Below are positions 52,101 through 63,400 of a stretch of 64,000 nucleotides of DNA, one piece after another (position 1 is the stretch's first letter; the number at the start of each line of letters is the position of its first letter). Source of the stretch: Amoebophrya sp. A120 (taxonomy: Eukaryota; Protista; Dinoflagellata). The position numbers and the translations under genes are program-made. The notes under the pieces are model-generated. The model was not told where the DNA came from. It did not search any database and was given only the letters and a program-made list of their open reading frames with translations. Location: assembly GCA_905178155.1 (NCBI GenBank), contig CAJINV010000006.1, positions 3,844,130-3,908,129 on the forward strand. Direction: 5' to 3'.

Positions 52101-54704
52101 GCATTGGACAACCCGTCGAGAGGACCACTTTCAGATTGTAGTTCCCCGGTGGAAAAGTTGTTCGTATTGTCCCCCTGCGAATGAATTATCCGGTCAAGCA
52201 GCTGTGTCCCGTCGGCAGAGAAAATTTCCTTCACCTTCGGAATTTTCAAAATCCCGAGCTGCTTCTGCTCCGTCGGGAAGAAGGCCCGCTCCGCTAGGTC
52301 GACAAAAGCCGAGAAATGCACCATGTTCTGCTCCGACACGGCGGTGGTATTTGCGTTGTTCTTGAACAGAAGCGCTTCGATGACAGAGAGGATGCTGGTG
52401 CTGGATGACACAGACACTCCAGTGGACGCATTAACATCAAGCATCTGATCGTCAAGTGGTGGTCCCCCAAGAACTGCTGAGCCCCCGCTTGCCGTGGATT
52501 GCAGCAAGTTATCCCGGATCCGGGTCATCAGCAACTTCCCCAAGCGGTTCACGGAGTAGCACAGCATGGCCAGTTATCAAAAGCAAACATGTCTGGGTCT
52601 GGAAACTTCAACTTGTGATGCTGAGGTCTCGATGACTGAAATACCTTCCAATGCAGCCAAGCATGACAAGTCTCGCGCACACTTTCTCATGTGCAGCCCG
52701 CATGAGAAACTGCGCTTCTGTATGACAAAAGATGGCGTCTTTTTGCTAGTCATGACGCAACACAGATTTTACAAGAGTGCAGGACTAGCATTAAAAGTTC
52801 CATGCTTCCAGACCCAGACATGTTTGCAATGCATACCAGTTGCCGTCGCGCTTCCAGCGGCGACCCAAACGACCGTGGCAGGCTGTCCACCCTGGTCAAA
52901 TGTATCCCACGAAAAAACTGCTTCACTGTGAACTTGTGGTGCATGGAATGGAACACAAAACGATTTGTCTTGCTACACATGCAAGACATTGGATTTTTAA
53001 GTGTGTTTTCCCTTGGGAAGTGCGCATGGCAAATTTTCTGTACCATATGTAACAAACTTGTGATGCAGATCTTGCAAAATCATGACAGTGAAACAGTTTT
53101 TTACTGCGATAAAATGCACGTTCGGTGTGATCCGGTCTCCGGGGGAGTAGGAGATCAAATCGCAAGCGAGAAATTCGTGCATCAGGTTATAGTGCAACAC
53201 CTGAAAATAGTTCAGCTGGACCAAATTTTGGAGAAAAAAGTCCGTCGAGGACAAATTCAGGCTCCTCCGGGACCGTTATGCATTGCAAATACATCTGGGT
53301 CTGGAAACTTGTGATGCATGTCAGTGGATAGAAAGCACGTAGTGACGAACCACCAAGCATGACAGATTTTTTCGTAGGAGCGAGCTCCGTGTTCTTCCGT
53401 AATCCGCATGACAAAGTAAGACAAACAGCCTTCTTGCATGACAGATCGAAGAGGAGCTCTTGCTGGCCCCGCAATACAGAGTTCAGGGTCATGGAAAACC
53501 AGCATGACAAATCTGGCACTCTTCCAGACCCAGGAGACATATTTGCAATGCATAACCGTAACGCGTGCACCAAAGGCCACTCGACCAGATTCGACTGGTC
53601 CTCCAGCCTATCCTGTGCAAAAGTATCGTACTCGTATAAATGCAAGTCTTGCATCACAAATTTTTTTCTGAAGGTAAATCCGCATTACAAATTTTATATC
53701 TCATGCTGAGGAAATTTGTAATGCATTTATACGAGTACGATACTTTTGCAGTGCATACAGCCAGGGTTGCCAGGGTGGCGTTTTCAACTTGATCCGCATC
53801 TTCGTGAGCCAGGATCTCAATTTCAACACGGATTTTAAAGATAAGCGGCCCTTCTGCTCCTCTTCCTTCTGCTTCCGCTTGGCTTCCTGGATGAGCGGAT
53901 CGTCTTCCTCCTCCGTTTATGCATTGCAAATAAATATGTCTGGGCCCGGAAGAAGTGGAACTTGTAATGCGGATTCTGGAATAGGTAAAAATTTGTACTG
54001 CATGAGCACCAAAAGCTTCACATTTTTTCTTGCTACGAAAATAGGCTATTTGTCATGCGGTACAGGCATCAGGAGGCCAGTGCGAAAGCGAAACCTGTAG
54101 TGCTTTATTTGCGTGCATAAGAGACAGTTTGAGTGATCGAGAACAGGCATGACAAACTTTAACTTCTGCACTCGTCCAGACCCAGACACACTTGCATTTG
54201 ATACCGTTTCGAACTCCTCCATGGAGGAGGTTCCGGGAGTGGACACGAGACGAGAATCCCGTATCCTGCGTAAAAACTTCCCCACAGCACCAGCAGAGTC
54301 AAGATGGGAAATCTGCTAGACAAATCAGCCAGCCTTGGCTGTCTGGCATGACAAGTGTGCCCTCGTAGTGTAATCCTGTTTAGCTAGTTCAGAAGCATGA
54401 CAGATCTAGCATAGCATGCTGATCCTAGCATCACAAACTCCAAAACACGAATAGAAAATGCTTCTCATGAGACTCCGCATGAGAAACTTTTTTGGCATGC
54501 AGAATTGCATGACAACTCTGGGGTGGGGACGTTTTTACTCAGAATATCCCGCTCCGACTCTTCATCCCCGTCCCGGGGGGAGATCTCCGCGTCGTTGTCA
54601 GCTTTGTCGCCGCTCGCATGATCTTCGAGGGCCTCTAGCTGGTCATTCGCGGAGGAATTCTGTTCCTCCGCGTCGAGTGCGGTTGCGTCTACTTCGGCCG
54701 CCAT
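31140..54704 (-). CDS. Very large multi-exon protein with fibronectin type-III-like repeats and long low-complexity regions; 37 introners
   Basis: ATG at 54704 (MAAEVDATALD...) and stop at 31140. Long exons at 33211-35253, 41559-43873 and 31549-32930. FN3-like strings: PGRPTIENVTPTSCELKWRP...VTEYVVRAEP, FHVSNLTPGLPYRFSV, QAPGRPEIIRISTEEATLRM. The gap at ~37830-37990 (GACAG/GTATT donor-like) could be an ordinary intron or a gene boundary, so this could be two genes. Confidence 0.7.
32931..33210. mobile_element. Introner family C (~280 bp; TIR TATCCTGNGTAAAAACGTCCCCACCCCA), representative copy, TSD CCACG
   Basis: Other members with direct repeats: 2568-2847 (CACGG), 8766-9053 (GAGGG), 15095-15372 (CGTGG), 44687-44978 (CTTCC), 46977-47258 (TTCAA), 50131-50409, 54262-54546 (TCCCG). 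Confidence 0.93.
49218..49546. mobile_element. Introner family D (~320 bp; TIR TATCNNANGGAAAAATCCCCCCTCCCCATATCGAAA), representative copy, TSD CAGCG
   Basis: Other members: 13898-14229 (TTCGT), 20660-20980, 44178-44498, 47350-47660. Confidence 0.92.
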
Positions 54705-55289
54705 GATGTTCTCGTTTGCAAAAGATTATTTGTAGATCCTTTTGCAGGGCGGGGGTTGGTCAAACAACAACAATAAATAGACACAACTTTTTATTAACTT
54801 TAACTTTCCACCCCGGGAAATAAGTAATTCAAGCCCACCCTAGAGTTTTTGTTCTTTCGCCTGGAAAAAAAAGGGGCTGCTGATTAAGTAGTGAAGTTTT
54901 AAGAGAGTTACAACAATAAAAGTTACAACAATTTTAAACTCAAGTTTTGTAGTTGTTCTTGTGTGTCGTCCAAGTATTAACTAGAAGCCGACTTGTAGTG
55001 AGAGCTCCTGGAGAACAATGGATATCGAAGATTTGACTTACGGTTTTCCAACGTAGGCACAGTTCCTTATCCGTGTGGGTCAATTTTTTACAGTACAACA
55101 CGTAACGCAACGAGGGACGACGGCATTGACATTGTCATTACAATACAGAGGGGACGATTACACGAAGGCGCTTGGACGACGAATTTATTGACCAAGAGCA
55201 TACGATTTTTTTTTTTGCCCGTACGATTGGAAAAGCTAGCAGACCTGTACGGTTCTTTTTACGATATCTGTTCACGACGGACGAAGAGT

Positions 55290-56023
55290 TTAGAGCTTGG
55301 ACACCCATTAGAATTCACAATGGTTATTTTACGGAGATTTTACATCGTCAACTATCAGCGCCTCCCTTTCCAACCATCCTGCTCATGCCTTGACTAATGA
55401 CCGCGACAAGCTACCTGCGTTGCTAATCTTTTGGGGCCTGCACGCGGAAACTAGACAGGAAATCACGCACACCATCGGGCTAGAGTTGAAAACGCCCGAT
55501 ATTGTCGGTTTTTCTGTCGCCCGATACCATCGCGATTACGCTGTTACAGAAGGGCGAAAATGGGGCTGACTGCGCGTTTGGTTATTTTACGGGTTATTTT
55601 ACAAGACTGCGGCTGGTTATTTTACGAACGAACACCCGCGCACAAATCTAATCATGGCGGCACAATCCACATTTTTATAAAATAACCGGCGCGCAAAAAA
55701 GCAGCTTTTCATAAAATAACCAAGCAAATTTTCCGCAAAAATCTATGAAGCCGGAAAGTCAGTTCGTCGTGTCCGTTGTGGGCGAAGGCAGAGACTCTCG
55801 TCTCTGCCTTCGGACACAAGAAGGACCCACACTGCTAGCAGGGAAGACGCAACTAAGAAGGGGACACCAGAAGGGATCACAAGAAGAACCCGCATTGCAA
55901 TCAAAATTCTGAGCCCGAAAGCTGGTTCGTAATTTTTCCCCGCAACGCCGGCGAAATTCTAGCAACAATGTCAAATCTCCGCAAAATAACCTACCTAATT
56001 TCTAACGGCCATCCAAGCTGTAA
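55290..56023. mobile_element. Non-autonomous hAT-like element (MITE)
   Basis: 8-bp direct repeat CGAAGAGT at 55282-55289 and 56024-56031. Imperfect ~60-bp TIR (TTAGAGCTTGGA...GGTTATTTTACGGAGATTTTACATCGT versus TTACAGCTTGGA...GGTTATTTTGCGGAGATTTGACATTGT). Internal GGTTATTTTA repeats occur in both orientations. The hAT assignment rests on TSD length and the TAGAG-like terminus. Confidence 0.75.
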
Positions 56024-56537
56024 CGAAGAGTAGAGGATCCACGTTTGACTTTGATGTCTTTTCGTTTTCTTGTTTCACGGAAACAATTATACTGCATTAC
56101 GTTATTGCGATCGGAGGTTGGAAATCGTTACTTTTACGAAGTAGGACTCTAGTACCCAATGTCGTGTGCTGCTGCTTCACGTACTTTTCCTAGTTCATGT
56201 CCAACATCAAAAACGAAACTGCTACTACCACATCAAAGTTGCGCCACTGTACTATGTGTCGAGACGCAACTACTTGTGAGCTGCGCCAGCGCCTGTTTAT
56301 CCCCGTTCTTTCAAGAGCATGCAAAAGCAAGCGTGGCAACAATTAAAGGAGTAGCACAGCTGATACGAGGAACACGTAGAAAGGGAAGGCGCTAATAAAA
56401 CAGAGCAGTTTATCAGTTTGAGTTTCAGTTCGCAAAAATTATGGATCACCACCTGGATGATCACCATCATATATATCGGTCAACAGATGAGCTGCTGCTC
56501 CAAGCAATAGATTGTCAAAAGACACCACACTACGCTT

Positions 56538-58261
56538 CTATCTCTCCTTGCTAGAAGTCCACCACAGCCATAACCTCAGCAGCAGGCACCCTGCCGAAAA
56601 GACCGCGGCGGCAAAATTCGCGGCGCCCAGAAACTCCGCATTGTCGACTGTTACCAGCAAGTGAAACGCCCAGGAGGAGCAGACGAACAAGCCGAAAAAA
56701 TTCTGCGCGAAAGAGCCCATGTATTTATGAATTGTAAAAGTATCGCACTCGTAGTAATTGCAATCATGCATTACAAATTTTTTTCTAAAGGTGAATCCGC
56801 ACTACAGATTTTATTTCTCATGCTGAGGAAGTAGTTGTAGTTTTTTTGTAATGCATTTATACCAGTACGATACTTTTGCTTTTGCAATGCATAGTACTCC
56901 GCTTTCCGTAACTCAAACGCCTTGTACGCGTAGAACGCCGGGGAGCCCATGTAAACTAAAAAGGTTGTCATGCCGAGCAGCTGGAATACAAGTTTCACCT
57001 CCAGAATGAGAACCGTTGATTTGTAATCCTGATTTTTGTCTTCTTCACTTGCGTCGGATGAGTCGTCATTCGTCTCGTTATCGACCCAAGCGGTCAGTAC
57101 TGTCGGGTAGTCGATCGCAGCGGTGATAATGAAGATTATCGTGATCAATAGCAGGTAGCAAAGGAGAATTTTTGTCTGTCTCCTGAACTGTTTTTCGTAT
57201 AAATCCATTCTGTAGCAATGCCGGTAGAGGTAGACCCAGAGAAAGCCCGCAAGCGTCTGCACCGTGCAGGGGATGATCCCGGTACGGAGCCCGTCGAGGA
57301 ACATGAAAAGCGTCCACGTCCACCCGTTGGCGCACTGGGCCAGGAACTGGAGAGGCGGGGTTTCGAGGAAGAGATGGTGGTGGTGGTCTTGTTCTTCTTG
57401 GGGTTGGGCAACATTTTTTTCGTCCTGCTCGGATGAAAAGCGGTGGAAGTGTGCTTGGTCGCTGCTTTCAACGTGAAACGCCTCGTCCCCGGACGAGGGG
57501 GTCTTGTTTGATATTTCAACCGCTGTTAAGTTTTCGGCGGCGATTGTTATTGCTGAACCACCGGCACGAAGAATATGGTGCTTCTCAACCTGCTCCTTAT
57601 CGTTGTTTTGAAAAATTCTTGTAGTCCTAGTGCCGCCTTCCTCTCCTTCCTTGACAAAGCAAGTGCGTGGTGGAAGTGCACCAATAGCACAGCCAGCAGT
57701 GTCATGATTCTCATGATCCAACACCGCAGCGGTCGTGCTCGAAGAGGACGATTGTTCTATGATCAAGTTGTCATCCCCCGTGCTGGCTACAACTGCTCCT
57801 CCTGCATTTGTGGATGTTGCACCTGAACCAAGGCTGATCCTGATGGTGATTGCTTCATTTTCGCTCGCACTTTTGTTCGGCGACGAGAGGGCCACGTCGA
57901 TCACCGGATTACAAACGACGGCGTCATGGATAATGTCGTCTACTTGTAGCTCCTGATGCGGTTCTACTTGCTGCTGGTGCTGTTCTTGCTCTCGTTTCAC
58001 CTCCTGTGGTCGTGCCTCAACAGCTGCACCCTTGGCGTGGCGGTCTGTAATATCCTCATGCTTTCTCACCGCACGAAGACAAGGACAACATGTTTTTGTG
58101 TTTGTGTCGTGACAAAAATTTTGGCTCTCGTAGTACGTACTTTTCTTCCTCCTGACACGATAAATGTCGTAAAACAGCTGGGCAGGGCCAAAATAGAGAA
58201 ATATGGGGAAACCAGCTATGACAATGTCGTAGAGAAGAATTTGCCAGCGACTTTCAGACAT
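56538..58261 (-). CDS. SWEET/MtN3-like sugar transporter with a large low-complexity insertion; one introner (56726-56893)
   Basis: First repeat: FLYFGPAQLFYDIYRVRRKKST...PPLQFLAQCANGWTWTLF. Second repeat: LVYMGSPAFYAYKAFELRKAEY|MGSFAQNFFGLFVCSSWAFHLLVTVDNAEFLGAANF. These match the MtN3 'SP...KKST...P...N..W' and 'YGSP...EYM...SW...D...N' patterns. The frame is restored across the introner. Confidence 0.75.
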
Positions 58262-60275
58262 GAGAGCAGCGCGGCAATGCTTGAAAAACTGAATTGAGTG
58301 GAGGTCTACGGGACGTGGAAAGAAGTAGAGGAGCGACTGACAAGTACTACTTAGGCTCAGACGACATGCTACTTTACCTAAAACAGGTTGATACGTAGCC
58401 GGGCAGCCAGTGGGCTCTTGTCCTCTACTAGTTGTCCGAGCAGAGGCAATTTTAACCTTCTCTGTGAAGATCCAACTTATGGTGAAGTAGAACTTTAAAA
58501 GCAACGAATTCGTTGCGTCAGACAGAACGAGGTCGGCAACTACAACAGGTTTCTCTTCGAGGCACGGACCAAGAACGAGGTTCTTGTCGGACGAGGGAAA
58601 TGAAAAAAAGAGCAAGTAGTACTAGTACAACTCCACAGAACGATCACAACGTACGTTTGATACCTGAGCAAGCACGACGTAAAAAGAAAAACGCTACGAC
58701 AACGACCTGAACGACAGGACGATTACATACGATCTACAGAGCGCCAACAAGCAACCGGCATATAATCTGCGACCTTCGATGAATACTGAATAGTCAAAAC
58801 AACGAAAAAATCGCTGCACGAACGACGAGGAAAATATTGCTACAACATTCATCGTGCTGGCCTCTTCCTACCAGCACTTGTGCTTCTGGAGAAGTACAAC
58901 TCACCGGTCGTTTACAAGAAGAAGAACTTCGTCTGCTATAATTTCTGAATTCACAGTCGGTGCTCGCTATTGGCAAACCTGTACTCGTCCGGGTTCGAAG
59001 TCGGTGCTCGCTATTCACACCGGGGCCATTTTTAGGCTCGCTATGGCAAACCTGCAGCATCCAGGGACCCTGACAAGGCTCTCGCCCCCACGGCTTTTGG
59101 TAGATTAAGCAACATCCGTTCCCAACAATGACGAAGAACAACGCCGAAGAACACTTTTTAAGAGATAAGTCAGAAGGCTACTGGACGCCATTGCCATCAA
59201 TTTTTATCACAAGCAAAAAAACTTCTCACATGTTGGGTAGACGGCGACGGGCTACGACTTGACAGAGTAAAGCAATACAAAATAGGTCCCAGGCAGGCTA
59301 TGCACGTACGAATCAAGTCAAAGACGTCAAAGCGAGAGGAGAGTCGTAGTTGTAAAACTTTGAGTTTGGTGCGCATGTATTTTTATGTGGTTTGTTAATA
59401 TGTACTTTTGGTGTGTCTTTCTCAGAAACTACATACAAATTGTGTTGTTACTATGTATAAGGACATCTTTTTCCACATAGATATAACTTTCTGTGCGACC
59501 AGCGCGTAAATATTGATTGTTAAGGTAAAAATGGGAGCCAGGGTTACAGTACTTCATGTGGGATGCATTTTCGAAATACTCAGGGGGCAGAAAACTCTGA
59601 ACGAAGACTTCTTGAAGGCTGCTTGTACTTGTGCTTGCTAACTAGTGTCTGTCTCTGTAAAGTTCTTTTGAAAAATAAAGGGTGATGCTGAAGGAAAACC
59701 GATATGTTTAAAGCTGCGAGCTTGGCTGGAAGAGTTGTGGGTGATATCATGTATCGTATACCCGGACGCAAAAAAGAAAAACAAGTTGGCGTGGTATCAC
59801 AGTACTCTAGAAGAATACTTACGGACGAAGTCCAAAGGCGTACATACTTTTACCATGCTTAGTTAGACTTACCACTTTTTTGAAATTTTAGGCACTTGAC
59901 AGAAAATCAAAATTTGAGAAGATATTGAACTTGAAAAAATAAAAATGCGCTTTTGCGCAAAAAATGAAATACTTTTGCAATTCTTCGCTTAACTAGTTGA
60001 TTTCATGCACTGCAAATATCAATATGTGTCTGCGGTCATGCTAGGCCGGCGTGACTCGTCTCAGGTCTGTCAATGTCATGCAAATTAACACCACAGTGCT
60101 GCAGTTCTCTGTCATGCTCATGCAGAGCCGCTGTTTGCCATGCAAAACAGCCAACACCAACACCTATTTACTCAAGTCACAAACTTTTCATGCTGAGTCG
60201 GCAATTGCCGAGTCGTCATAATTCGTCTACCCGCATCACAAGTTTCCAGACCCAGATCGATATTTGCACTTGATA

Positions 60276-60793
60276 GTTTGTTGAACGTTTCTCCGTGCAG
60301 CTCCGCACCTTCTTGGGGGAAACACTGATCCGGCTTCTCCTGCTTACCATGCCCTTGCTCCATTGGCAACCGATTTTTCATACCCCCCTGAGGCGCCAAT
60401 TGTTCTCCTCCACGCATCCATAGCTTGATCCCAAGCTTGTTGGAAAACGCTCTTGCCCGGCTTCGCCGTCTTCGTGTCCGTCGCCGTCTTCATTTCCGTC
60501 GCCGTCTTCGCTTCCGTCGCCGTCTTTTGAGGAGCAGAAGTGCGATAACCGCCAATGCGCCCCGTGTTACTGCTCGACCTGCTCGAGCTCCTGCCACTGC
60601 TCGAGCTCCTGCCACTGCTCGAGCTCCTGCCACTGCTCGAGCTCCTGCCACTGCTCGAGCTCCTGCCACTGCTCGAGCTCCTGCCCCTGCCGCCCCTGAG
60701 TTCTCGCGGAGATGCGTCGTACGCCTTGGACCTCACCGTGTCGACCGCTTCGCCAATAAAGGGCTCACTCGCCTCCTGCTGCTTCTTGGCCAA
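60276..60793 (-). CDS. Possible exon of a small hypothetical protein with SSSSGR and TATExK repeats
   Basis: ORF 60344-60793 is co-oriented with the other genes, has in-frame 18-bp repeats and is followed by a degenerate family A introner (60004-60275). There is no ATG start and the C-terminal frame is unclear. Confidence 0.35.
60579..60685. repeat. 18-bp tandem repeat CTGCTCGAGCTCCTGCCA, ~6 copies
   Basis: Read directly; encodes SSSSGR on the minus strand. Confidence 0.95.
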
Positions 60794-63400
60794 ATCCAGA
60801 AACGCTTGCTGGATTGCTGGATTGCTGGATTGCTGGCGCTGTTAGCAAGTTAAAGTTCTAAAACTCTAATATTTGTGTTCATGAACAAGTAAGATCAAAC
60901 TAGGAACCCTAAACGGCCTAAAGCCTGAAACCCTGGGAGAACCGGCCGCGACGGACGCCCACCTTTTCACGTGGTGCGCCCCTACATGCATAGTTTTTTG
61001 GAAAAGAAAAGCAAAAAGAGAAGGATGAAGAAAAAAATCGAGCGAGGCGAGCGAATCTCTCGGCGGCCTATGAAGGACAATCCAGTGGCCAGCCGGGAGT
61101 CCAACACAGTAGGGCTTCAGCTGCGCTGGCTCTAAACCTGTACATAGTACAGGTTTAGAGCCAGACTCTATTTGTGTTCATGAAATAAGAATTAGACGCA
61201 CTAGCCGAGCGCCCCCATATCCTTACTCGAACGACACAGAAGTCAACATGGCGAGCAGAGTAAACAAATGCGCTCATTGAGCGCAAACGCAAGAACGCAG
61301 AATGCTATTTATAGATACCGGCTTCCAGTTCGACGGGCTGATCGGCGGCTTGTCGGCCTCGTCCAGCTGCCCCTTCATCTCGTGACCGGTCCAAAGCTAT
61401 GAAAATGAAAATAAATCCCCCCTCCTCAGCATATCCAGAACAAGGCCGCTGGCTTGCGCACTTACACAAAAAATAAAGTCGGTTTTGCTGTAAGGAACCC
61501 ACATTGACACTCGCAGCCTGCTGAGGAGCATACAAGTCTATTTGTTTAGCATGTTGGCAGACGCCTGCGCGTGCGCTGAAGCCCAGTAACAGCATGGCAA
61601 ATCGCCTCCATAATGCGGGGCGCAGCTCTTCGACTGCCTTCTTGCAAGACAGATTTGTGACTACAAGAAATGAATCTGCTTCATCGCAAATTTTTTCATT
61701 CTTTGAGTACTGAGCTGCGGAGGGGTTATTTTTCATCACGATAAAACCATTTTCTTCGCACGGTTCTCCTCCATCTTCTTCTCCGCTGCCGCCAGGGCGG
61801 CGGAGGAAATGAGCAACTTCTGCGCGGTTTTGGTCATCCTGGACAGCAATAAGAACGCCGGGACTTCTGTCGTGATTATTCGTCGTTCACCTGCAGTACG
61901 AATGGTGACAGAGTTTGATCTGGGTTTGGCAGCGTTCAATTATAGTTTTTAATAATTCAATAATAGTATATTAAGATTTTTATCATGACGAGGAATGCTA
62001 GGCTTTAATGCCATTGCTACGCCAGAGCATTTTAATAATATTAAAATGAATTCTTGCAGCGCGCTGCAAACCACCCGGCCAAATAGCGCAATGCGTGCTT
62101 GATGTTCGTGGCTGGAGGTGGCGATGCATCATGTTTACTAATGTTTCTGTTTGTGCTTATGTTCACGAAACATCAAAGCCCACAGGTATTGAAACTCAAA
62201 ATACCGGCCGTCTCTTCACGCCAGTTCTGATAGGTTTTGCGAAAGGATGGGCGCGCTTCTACTTGCGTCGAAAATCAACGACACGGCGAGCACCTGTGAT
62301 TCCAGTTGTCGTTCCTTGCGCTTTGGATTCATTCATCGCACCTAATTCAGGAATGCAGTGAAACTTCTAAGACGATTAAATCAAAGCGAGCGCTTAAAAG
62401 TCTGAAAGCACGACGCAAGAGAAGTAGAGAGCCCCTTGCGAAGTCATATACTTATCGCAACGCAAAATCAAAGCTGAAGGCTGAGTAGATCACTGCAGCC
62501 GGAGCGAACTGCGTGGATTTGTGATGCGATTCCTGTATTTTTGGATTAAAGCGAGGAAAAAGGAGGCGGAAGTAGACAGTAGCTGAAATGGGCGCGGCGC
62601 GTTAGTGGATACTTGTACTTCTGCCCTCGGGGCCCTATACAGCTTAAGGCAGGAGCACCCACGACCTAGGGGCGCTGAGCCCTGCAACCGCATATTAGCA
62701 GGTGCTTCTCTAGCTGGCAGCAGGTCGATCCGTCAACGCCGCCCGAAATCTATCATAATTTAAAAAGAAGTCCAATACCTCAGGTTTCGCGAGAGCGGTG
62801 GCGCTGCGAAGGTTGCGCTGCGTCTCTTCCGAACGAGTGCGCTATAATTTTTGGTTTCTTCTGAAGATTGCTCCTGGGAGCAAAAACGAAAAAAAAATCC
62901 TGCTCGCAAGGTGAAGGTTGCTGTTTTGGGATCATAAGAATATTTGCATCACTTCAACATAATATCCACACTATCCACACTTCTGCTACAGGCAGGTGTC
63001 TATCTACAACTTGTATTGGCTTTCATAATGTGTGTGACCACATACAGCCCCGTAAGTACGCAACGAGTACGGATCTTCGCACGAACCGCTTCCACCGCTT
63101 CTCCTTGTTGATATACTAGAACGATACACGATCGCGACCACGAGGGAGTCTACAACGTCAACGTTTTTCCACGAAGAGCGCGGCTCTGAATTTATCCTAC
63201 TGCACGACGTGGGCCACCCACGAGTTTCAATCAGAACGAAGCGATGCGATATACATATACTTCTCATCGTACACGATTATTAATTCGGCCTTGCGTTCGC
63301 ACGATGTTGCCGATGGCGCATTTGGCAGTAAAAGATATCATCTACGGTCGGTGCTTTCTGTTCTTTTTTTTTTTCTACAATGTCCATCTCCTTGAATTAC

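Noticed and set aside
1281-54285. Recurrent peptides in the ORF track ([39 protein letters not shown]) as a repeated protein domain
   Set aside because: They are six-frame translations of introner TIRs, not coding sequence.
58262-58615. N-terminal extension of the 614-aa ORF as part of the SWEET-like protein
   Set aside because: It has a non-ATG start, and the duplicated copy of part of this region at 63401+ diverges by many indels, as expected for non-coding DNA.
61305-61939. Two adjacent minus-strand ORFs as a gene
   Set aside because: Short, with no recognisable domain and no supporting intron structure; left uncalled.
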